Shown here: positions 24,731 to 35,041 of the stretch, in pieces | How positions within the stretch are numbered: position 1 is the stretch's first letter | How the letters are laid out: the number at the start of each line of letters is the position of its first letter | DNA from: Calcarisporiella thermophila CBS 279.70 | Taxonomy: Eukaryota; Fungi; Calcarisporiellomycota | Assembly (NCBI RefSeq): GCF_041956535.1 | Contig: NW_027192214.1 | Coordinates: forward strand, 402,974 to 466,973 | Length of the DNA: 64,000 nucleotides | Reading direction: 5' to 3' | Notes under the pieces: generated by a model | The model's input: the letters and a program-made list of their open reading frames with translations, nothing else | The model's database searches: none | What the model was told of the DNA's origin: nothing | Program-made: the position numbers and the translations under genes

Positions 24731-25297
24731 AATACAGACTATTTGGAACAGGCTACAAAACCATGGGCTAACAACGGGACATAGTGTCAACGGTCCATGA
24801 TCCAGCAGTCTGGATCATCTATCGATAATCATGGACAACGTCCAACTAAGCGAAATGGCACTCCCTGAACAACTGGGATATGAGTTGCAATAAAAAAAGA
24901 GAGGTACAAATAATGGTGCGCGTCCATAAAGGATAAAAAAGAAAATTTCCAAGAGCTTTGGTGTAAAGCAAGTTGGAAACAAGTCTAAGGAGACAAATAT
25001 CCTTCATTCAGAAAAGTTAACTCCAAGACGACTTTGCCGAATACCCTACCACCTGTGCCTGCTTCCTCCCTGGATTTAGCGTCCTAACATCTCCACCCCT
25101 TATATACATTACATATTTTTTTTTGTTTTTGCTTCTCCTCGTATTTCTACTCTCCTCTATCCTTGAAAAATAAAAAGGGTATACACAATCTGTACACCCC
25201 CCAATTCTTGCATGAATTTCTTGTTTTCTGATGTTAAGGCATCCTTTCTTAAGAAAGGAAAAGAATACTTTTTAATAAAGATTTTCCTATCCAAAAA
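24731..25297 (+). mobile_element. Decayed 3' fragment of the copy-B LINE family (copy D)
   Basis: Colinear with about 22723-23257 (ACAGACTATTTGGAACAG..CAAAACCATGGGCTA..TCAACGGTCCATGAT..CCAAGAGCTTTGGTGTAA..AATAAAGAT..A5); in-frame stop and deletions. Confidence 0.9.
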
Positions 25298-25310
25298 TTT
25301 TTCGAGTATT

Positions 25311-25901
25311 GGGTTGATAAGCCCTGTATAAATATCCAATTAGTATGAGAAACTCTTTGGATTCCATGAGGAGACACAATGAAAAGATCGACAAGTCTCC
25401 ATACTACTACACGACATCATGGTATGGAGTATACATAAGATAAGGATAGCAACTGTCATGGGCAACTAAGAACATGATAATATCGCATTCAATTGTATCT
25501 TTTTATCAGATATTCTCATGGCAATCAAAGGACAATAGGTATAGGCACAGAAGGAAAAAGATGAAGAAAGATTCAAGCAGGAATGGGGAAAGAACTCGTT
25601 AATCTAGATTGATGATAGCCAAGAGGTAGCCTTCGGTTTCGAAAAAGCAAAAAACACTTAATCCGACCCTTCTGAGTACCGAACTCTTTAAGCTCTATCT
25701 CTTGTTATCTTGTACTTAATAATTTTGTTCGGAAGCCTCTCTCATATATATAATATATTTTAAACTAAACCACAGGACGCAAGTTCTCGTGTTCTTTAAT
25801 GGAAAAATAAATTTTTAGATACTGGCGACTTTGCCGTAGTAGTCTAGCCTGTCCCTTAATTACACAATATTTTTTCCATTCAATAACGTAAAAAAAAAAA
25901 A
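25311..25901 (+). mobile_element. Decayed 3' end of a third related LINE family (copy E; possibly plus a tiny extra fragment 25826-25901)
   Basis: Translates to YEKLFG..QVSILLHDIMVWSIHKIRIATVMGN..KDEERFKQEWGKNSLI*IDDSQEVAF, matching copy B EDRLFG..VVSTVHDAAIWTIYRSSLSIIMDN..DKKEDFQELWCKGNWIQVQGDEISF; A12 tail 25890-25901. Confidence 0.75.
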
Positions 25902-26366
25902 TCCAACTTTAAAGTATAATGATAGTATTAACGAGTATAAATAGAAATTGCGTAATTAGATAGACAATGTCTCAACTATTTCCAATTTAACGGGTATCCT
26001 TGTAGTAATTTTGGTCTATTGTTCGGTAAATGATGTCTTTAGGATGAAGTGTGGCTAAAAACGAATTTTGCAAAATCGCATACTTTGCGATTTTTACCAA
26101 CGTATCTTTATTCTATTACAGACAAGGTTAATAGAGAAAAGGGAGAAGAATGCTTGCAAGGGGTACATATGCAATTGGGTTAATAGGTTTCACAAGGATA
26201 CTCTTTACATATTAGACATAAATGCAATAAAACCACAGATGGATAGGGGAAGGCACATAGAGATGGGGGAGACAAAAGAAGGGGGATTATCAGGTCATAT
26301 ATAGCCGATTAAGGTTTTGTTTGTCAAAGCAACCAATTCGAGAAAGCCTTGCGAATACCAACTTCA

Positions 26367-29022
26367 TTAACAATCCCATTGGCCTTGCTCGTCGAAAGGA
26401 CAGCCTACGCCGACCACGTTCTTTGGTACGGCGCCAAGTTCAAAGACCGCCTTCAATACCCCAGAGACACCCACCCCGGCAATAAGCCCCGCCGACACCG
26501 AGTACATCAAGGAGTCCCAAGAGGCGAAATTCATACGCCGCCATGTGTAAGAGATGGTCCAGCCAATGGCCATGGCCAGGGGAATTTCAGGCCCCTTATT
26601 GACACACGCAATCCCGACCGCGTTGAGATTTGGCATGTAGGGGCGGAAACGCTCGGGGACCACGCGGCCTTTGATGATGGTATACACCACGGCAAGCACA
26701 GCGGCGACAATGGCTGTGATGACGCTGGAACGTGGAATGTTTGCATTCTTCGTGAGGAGCTCGGTGACAGAGGCCCAGACGTTGGCGGCGACGAGACCAA
26801 ACGGGCAACTCTTGTCGACTTGGTCGATGGGCGCCGTGATACAAGGATAGGCTAAGTAGACGGAGGCCATTCATTAATTTTTTTTCACCCATCACCGCGA
26901 GTGCACCGAGAGGGGATGCTTACCTGAGGCGTACAAGTAAAATAGCCCAACCGCGGAAGCAATGGCAAACACGGAGCCGATAATTTGGGCATAGAACTGC
27001 GAACGAGGGCTAGCATCTATGTACGGAGTTCAAGAGGCGAAGGTGAGTAGAGACGAACATTTGCGTGTGGGTTCATCCTTAATCCTACCTAGAAGATGGC
27101 CCGTCTTCAAGTCGCCCACCATGTCCACACTCTGGGCGGCTGCACTGGAGGCAATGTTGGCAGCCATCAAATTCGACATTTGGGATATTTGGATGGTGGG
27201 ATGGGGAATGGCTGCAAACACAAGCTGAGTCACTTTACCGATGGAGCCAATCGGATTGATATCGGTCTCTCCCGATGATTGAAGGCCGACGAACGAGAGG
27301 AAGAAAGCCACGACAATGGCAAGGAGCGAGAGATACACCTCCATCCCAAAGAACACCTGTTAGGATAAATACGTATTAGTGTTGCGCACGACCTACTTTG
27401 AAGTTTCGCGTGTCTCCACACTTACGCCCATGATAACGCAGGTCATTATGATACTACAAATCAAACCACCGACCCACCACAGCGTTGGCACCTGCTCGTG
27501 AGGCAAGATGGGATCGTCCGGGTCTTGCTCCCTCGCGGTGACGCGATTATTACGTTTGACGATCCGAGACAGGTTGCCATAGATTTCCAAGGCGCCGAGT
27601 CTTATCGCACGCCAGAGAACTTTGTAGTGGAGGAAGAGCTCAGTGAAGGAGCTGAACACCATGAGCGCGATACCTGGCCAGAGGAACCACGATTGGGTCT
27701 GGAATGATTTACCATCCATGTTAACAAAAAAGTCAAACAAGCAAAAAAGCGCTTCATGATTACCGTTGGGAAAGCCTTAAATCCATATGCCCCGCCAACG
27801 ACGCCATCGCGCAACATCAGTGGACCTGCAATAGCATATACAAGCACGGTTCCAAGGAAGAAACTCCATACAGTGCTGCCTGGAGTCATCAGGCCTGCTC
27901 CGAGAAAGGCGAAATCCCAGGAGAAGAACCTGAGTTCACGAATTAGGAAGAGGATAGCATATATGGTATTAGGAGAGAGAAAAAGATAAGGGGAGTAGGG
28001 AGGTTTCAATTTTTACCAGAGCCAAAGTGTGTCGAACTCCATTAGATTCCGGCTGCCAACCGCATGGCCGATATGGTACAGGATTCGGGGGGATTCAAAG
28101 AGCCCTGGAATCCAGTATGCGATCAAAGACCACCCGAAGGAGATTGCAAACCATAGGCCGAGATATTGGGCCTTTTTCACGGCTTCCTTCTCTCCGGTCG
28201 TCGATGCATGAAGGGATTTGATGGTCATGGCCGCCGCACGTGGCGTAGGAAATACAAGATCCTGGTTTATGACGAAATGCTTACGCAGTGGTACTGCGAA
28301 GAAGAGACCATAGAAAGCGGCCGAAATCGTCCAGAGGGTAAGGGATGTCATGTCATTGCGAACATTGGTAAGGAGACCGAGCTTGTACCTAGAGAAATAT
28401 TAGAGATCCGAATAAACAAAAAAAAAGGTCATGCTAAGATCAAAAGGGGTTAAGCAAGAGGATAATTTACATTGCAGGAATAGCAGAGACAAAGCCAGCG
28501 CTCAACCCGCCTGCCGCGGTGGCTGCGGTTTGAGCAGAGCAGTTTTCACGAGGTCCAAATGAGCCGCCGCCAAATGCAACCGGGAGGACGCGCGACATTG
28601 GTTTAATGATGGCAAATGAAAAGATAGCGCCGAACAGACTTGCACCGAAAGACCATCCGACCTATCGGTGGATATTTTATTAGTCTGGAGAGGGGAGGGC
28701 ATTCAGCCATATGCGCTTAAGATCCTTACCTTCAATCCCAAGTACATGTCTACAAAAATGGAGAAGAGGATGAGTATGCAAACATTGGATGCAACAGAGG
28801 AGATGGGCACGTACTTGAAGCGGCAATGATGGTTCCGAGCAGGGAACCGATAATGGCCGAGCGCCAGGTGAATTGCCAGGTCTCGACAAATTCCTCCATG
28901 GAGGATCTCTCATGCTTCTCCTCCATGGCCGGATCATCCTTATAGTCATCGACGATATGCGTGGTGGGGGAGAGCAGGCCGTCGCGGCCGCTGGAGTGCT
29001 GCAGTTCTTCCTTTTCAGACAT
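26367..29022 (-). CDS. OPT-superfamily transporter (YSL-like clade), paralog 1, multi-exon
   Basis: QFTWRSAIIGSLLG, GPRENCSAQTAATAAGGL, FFAVPLRKHFV..LVFPTPRAAA, GETDINPIG, AAQSVDMVGDLKTGHL. Confidence 0.92.
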
Positions 29023-29556
29023 GGGCGGGGGAGGGCAGGAATTAGAGGGGGCGAAGGGGCATGGAAAGGAGGGGCGGTGCTACCGGAAAAGCAAGCGGAG
29101 GGTTATAAGGGGAAGCGCAAATCGCCGAGTGATACAAGACCTGGTATAAGGAGCAACAGGTGGAATTTTGTCCAGACTCACGAGGAATGGAGCCATGCGG
29201 TGGTGTTTAAAGCCGATCGGCCAATTGCGGCATGCAGCCAATCAGGCGCGCCCGCTGCGATTACAAGAGCTGTCAAAAGAAAGGCGGGCCACAGGGCTGC
29301 AAGCATGGATTCCTTTGCCCCACACCCGCTCCGCCCTCCACCTGAAACCCTTATGCTCCCACGGCCTGCGGATTCTCAATGCCTCCCACGGCCTTCTGAG
29401 AACCGCCGCCTCCAGGTTTGAGTCAGCAGAGCAAGCGTCGATCAGAAAATCGCAAGTTTTATTATAGCTATGATACCTATTAGCGTTACAGGAAGAAGAT
29501 AACAATAGGGCGGCGGGGCTTTCGGCCGCGCCGAGCCCGTCACGTGCACCCGCTCT

Positions 29557-32474
29557 CTAGCAGCTCCACTCTCCGTGCTCGTCCAAAAGGCATCCGACGC
29601 CCACCGTCGCAGGCTGTACGTTGCCGATTTGGAACAAGGCCTTAATCACGGCGCTGATACCGACCCCTACAAGATGCATAAGGGATTAGAAAGGGGGATC
29701 AAATGGGAACTTGGGAAGAATGAATCGGGCGAATAGAACCTCCGAGTGATCCTGCAGCTACCGAGTACATATAGCTGGAGCCGAGCAAAGAAGAAAGGGG
29801 AGTGGGAGAAGCGAAGATTAGAATACCGGAGAAATGCGGCGCCATATCACTTCGTTTGCTTACTTTTCCCAGGCGGTTTGATCGATACGCTTCCAGTAGT
29901 ACCCGGTCACCCACCCAATGACCATCGACATGGGAACCTCGGGCCCTGTTAGAATGCAAAGATAATGGATCAAATGCTAAGTGAAGGGATCTTCCACCGA
30001 ATCTAGAGAGGAGAGGGCTCGTTTTACCGAATTGGATGAACCCCATCGCAAATGCGTTGAGGTTGGGAAGATAAGGATGGTACTGCTTGGGGATGAATTT
30101 GGCCTTGACAATGGTGAAGATGACTGCAATAACGCCCAAGACAACCGTCGTGATAATGGATTCCCTAGGGATGTCGACGGAACTGGTGAGGACTTCGGCA
30201 ATACGGGCCCATACGTTGACGGCGACAAGGCCGAACTATGTGCAAGAGCCAATATTAGTACTCCATCCAACAACGAGGGACGCGCCACATTGAAAAGTGC
30301 GTCGCTTTACCGGGCATTTCATGTCGTTATTCAGTGGCGCTGTGACACAGGGATAGGCTAAAAATGGCCATCACCAAGTTAGAAAGGAAGCATGGGATTG
30401 GGATCGAGAGTAGGCAAAGGCTAAGCGCAAATATTTACCGGTTGCGTATAAATAGAAGAGGCCTATAGCGACGGGGATGGCGAAAATAGAGCCAACGATC
30501 TGCGCGTAAAATTGCGACCTAGGCGAAGCGCCGACAAGTTGACCTGTCTTCAAGTCACCGACCATGTCTACACTCTGTGCCGCAGCACTAGATGTAATAT
30601 TGCCTGCGGCTAGGTTGATGAGTTGGGCTTGCGCTACAGTAGGGAATGAAGTAGTAAAGGCCGCAAACACCAGCTGGGTCACCTTGGAAACGGGCCCGAT
30701 AGGATTGATGTCGGTTTCACCCGAGGCTTGGAGGCCGACGAAAGAGAAGAAGAAGGCTAGAAGCACGGCCAGGAGCGAGAGATACACCTGCATTCCATAG
30801 AACACCTATTCTCGAGCAGATTAGTTTCCCACCTTTCAATCAACTTATCCTCATACACTCCCCTTCACATCCTATAACACTTACCCCCATAATCACACAG
30901 GTGAAGACAACACTGGCAAGAGTGCCTCCAACCCACCACAACGTCTTCACTTGCTCATGAGGTAGTACTGGATCGTCGACGTCGACACCGGTCTCGATCG
31001 GGGCGCGCCTCGCTAACCGACGGAAAACGTTGGCCAAATCAATGATTCCCAGTCTCGTGGCACGCCACAAAACATCGTAGTGGATAAAGAGTTCCGTGAA
31101 CGAACTGAATACCAGCAGAGAAATTCCCGGCCAAAGGAACCAGGATTGAGCCTGTGTTCAAGCATGGAGAAGGGTTAAGCATGACATGACATGGTGGGAA
31201 GGGGGTTCCAAAACAAAAATCAGTCCAAACACATTACCGTTGGCTTCGGCTTGAATCCGCTAGGGGAAATGATGCTTCCATCCCGCCACATCAGGGGTCC
31301 CGCAATTCCATAGGCTATAATCTAGACATCGCGCCACAGTTGAAATAAAAGAGCCACGCTGGTGGGTAAGGGTCTAATCACAAAAAAAGGAAGCCTGATT
31401 CGCATACCTGGCCGACCATATAACTGAAGCAGGTCGCACCCGGTGACATGAGCCCTGCCCCGAAGAAGGTAAAATCCCACGAAAAGAACCTAATATAGAT
31501 ATCAATATCCCGGGTGAAAAAAAAAAAGATTAAATGAGCACTCGAAGCTCAAGCCATACCAATTCCATCTTGAATCCATTTCCATCAAATTAACACTTCC
31601 CGCTGCCCGCCCTATGTGGTAGAGAATACGAGGCGATTCGAAAATACCAGGAATCCAGTAGGCGATCAAAGTCCATATGAATGAAATGCCGAACCAAAGG
31701 ATCATGTAATAGGCCTTTTTCATCGCGGTCTTCTCTCCCGTGGCCGTCGCGTGAAGGGATTTGATGGTCATGGCGGCCGCTCGCGGGGTGGGGAAAACCA
31801 AATCTTGGATGACTACGAAGTGTTTACGCAGAGGAACCGCAAAAAAAAGCCCATAAAAGGCCGCCGCAATTGTCCACAGCGTCAGATTTCCCACGTCCTG
31901 ATGAATATCCTTCAAGACACCGAGCTTGTACATGGCAGGAATGGCGGACACAAAGCCTACCGCCAATCCTCCCGCAGCCGTCGCCGCGGATTGCGCCGTA
32001 CAGTTTTCTTTCGGGCCAAAGGGTCCACCGCCAAGATAGGTGGGAAGGTAGCTCGACATCGCCTTGATAATAGCAAACCCGAAGATAGCTCCCCAAAGTT
32101 GCGCCCCGAAAAGCTACTCGACCCCCCACCCCCCCATATAGAAATGGTTAACGATTCTTCTTGGATATTTTTGAGAAGCTATTTACCCATCCAATTTTCA
32201 GACCCAGATACATGTCTTGAAGCAAAAGAGCGAGGTCAGACTTCTATATGCATGCTACAGAATAGATGCCAATATTACTTGATGCGGCGATAACACATCC
32301 GAGAAGCGAACCGACGATGGCTGAACGCCAGGTGAATTGATATATTTCGACAAACTCCTCTACGGGGGCCTTTTCATCTCCGTGAGTGGTCTCTTCTTTC
32401 TCATCGAAATGTTTCTCTTGCTCCTCCTCTTTCTGCTCTGCGGTGTAAGCCCTTGAATCGTCTTTACTCTCCAT
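29557..32474 (-). CDS. OPT-superfamily transporter (YSL-like clade), paralog 2, multi-exon
   Basis: Same motif series (QFTWRSAIVGS, FGPKENCTAQSAA, LVFPTP, GETDINP, DLKTGQLVGASPRSQF); ends GVGCLLDEHGEWSC*. Confidence 0.92.
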
Positions 32475-35041
32475 ATCTTTGACGGCTATGATTATTGGTT
32501 TGGAACGTTTGATTCCTCCCTGTAATATGACGAAAACGTTTCAATAAATATGAAATATTAGATATTAGAAAAGCATTAAAGTAAAATAAAATGGTGCGAA
32601 GGGCGATGGAGGATTTTAAACACAAAGAAAAAAAAACAGCGGGCAGGAGGGCCAAATGCATTTATAACTATACTCAGTATTCTAGAGTGATTCACTATTT
32701 TCTATCGTTTTTCATGCAGCTATAAATCTCCAAATGGAGCACCATAAGTCGGTGGTAGGTGGGACTAACTCAAACCAAAAGAAAGTTGGTGGCCTCCTCA
32801 TGATCTTTGAAATCATCCTATTAATCCTCACGGAAGTAGTTTTTTTAGTTTGATAGATATACCGCTCTGCTGCAGATATAACCTACGGCAGGCATGTAGA
32901 GAGCTTGATAGTCTGCCGATACTGGAGATTGAATCCTTCCTTATCGGCACAGCCATCGCTTCGGCACCCCTTAATTGACTCTCTGGTGAACGGCTTCTCC
33001 TCTCTGTTGCGAATTGGCTTTAGTTTAAGTTGCTTGGTTCCCATTCGTTGTCATGGCATTTTGTCGCCTTCCTTTTACTAGAATATCGTCTACCCAAGGC
33101 CACTAGGTTTCAGCCAGGTTGGGTGTTGAATCGGGAGCCACCCCATTAAGGTTGAACTTGAAGTGGAGCAATTTGTCGAGATCCTAAGTTAGCTTTCGGG
33201 ATTTCCGCAAGTCCTCAGCGACCTTCTATTCCTAATGCGTGGTTTCTCACCCATCCTTCAGATATTTGCCGCGATGGAATTGGCTTGTCGTTTACTAAGA
33301 ACGACTTTAATGAAAATCATGCTCAACCGCCATCCTCTTATAGAGAAGACTTCCTAGTACAAGAAAGCACAATGGCCCTTATGTGGTAATTGTCAAAAAA
33401 AGGCAAAACACCCATTCACCAGTGCATATGACCACGAGGCACTCCTCAGGCCCACTCGGGAAACGACTTGGAGGTTCTCAGATGCGAGGCTCTCCTCCCC
33501 TTCGAGAAGCCAATGGCATCTGTCTAGAGAGTCTCGATATTGCCCGTTCATTTCTACATAGCATCTTATCGATAAGCTCCTGGAATGGCGATAACTCAAG
33601 ACGATCGCCATTGACAACTTTCGGCCACCCTAATATCCGTTCTTATCTATCTTGATTTCACTTAGACAAATTACAGACAATGTGAACTATCGGACATTCT
33701 TGCATGATACCATCGATGATTGAAACACCCATTTTGCTGATGCTCCGGGAAGATTCAATCAACTCTTCTTTACTTTCGGTAGCGTACGAAAATAATTTAT
33801 TCTTCAGCACGGCAATTTCTTGTACACATTTTCAAACAACCATTTACAACTCTACCATGTCATTTGCGAGCCGCGAAGAATTTTGGATGAAGCGAACATG
33901 TCAAACGAAGCCTTGTCCACGCAATGTTATCACTAAGAGTAATACATCTATGCTAAAATCTGTCATTTTAAACCCATTCTCTGCATAATATTTTGCTAGC
34001 GATCAATCCGACATGGGTGAGGGTTGAGACTATTTATTGTATATTAGTACCATTTGCTCAAAGGAAATGGGCTAGGCAGATGCACATAAAACAGCCTCCA
34101 ATTGGGTAACTGAAAGCAATTTCCATAAGAAAAAACTCGTCAGAATCATCTATAACAAATGTATATTCCAAATGCAAATGTGATCAAGAAAATAGCCTCC
34201 AATTTTCCCTCATCGTAAATCATACTATCGCAAAGAGCTAACGAAAATCTTTAAATAAGGAACCAAAGCAACGATATAAAGGGCAAATAATGTCACATGA
34301 TGCACTGCTAACTGCCAAAATGAAGAGTGAGCAAAAATAAGCAGCGTACAAGGATGGTTGAGAAGGGGAATAGTGAATGACTCGGAGTTAAGTCAAAATA
34401 AAATCACGTGACCCGGCATTCAACAATTAAATCTTAATAGTAATTAAATTTAGAGCTTGAGATACTATCCTCTCAGTCAGTTATAAAATTATTGTGGCAG
34501 TGTGTGAAAATGTTGTGTGTTATTTTTCTCCATTCATTGTTAACTCTCACCATTGGAGTTGGAGTGTTTTAGCAATTATGCCTAAATACCGTGGAAAAAA
34601 GTTTGCATTTCCTTTCCTTCTAGTCATCTTTCTTGACACAAGCCTCTTGCATTAATAATTAGTTTTATTTTATTAGGTTGAATCAGGTTCCTACTGACTA
34701 GAGTATGTTAAAAGATGGAAGCTTTCAGTTTCACCTTTCTTGTTTTAGAATATCAAAATATAAGATTCTTAACCCTTCCAGGTAGAGTGAAAAACTGTTA
34801 ACAAGACATTAGCTGATGTGGCAAGTGTCGTCTTTCCTTTAGCGGCGTGATATCCCGAAGCCGCGAAGTGGAAGCTTCCAAACTAGTTCTTTGTTTATTG
34901 GCAAAAGTAGTATTATTACACGGTATAAATAGCCTAAATTAAATAAATATATAAATATATAAATATATAAAGAAAGTAAGAAGGAAAAGAAAAGAGAATT
35001 ATTTATTAACTAGATTTCTTAATAATTTATATCGGTTGGGT

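Noticed and set aside
33300-34000. Possible decayed coding sequence between OPT paralogs 2 and 3
   Set aside because: Only short frames with no recognisable motif; cannot be assigned without a search.
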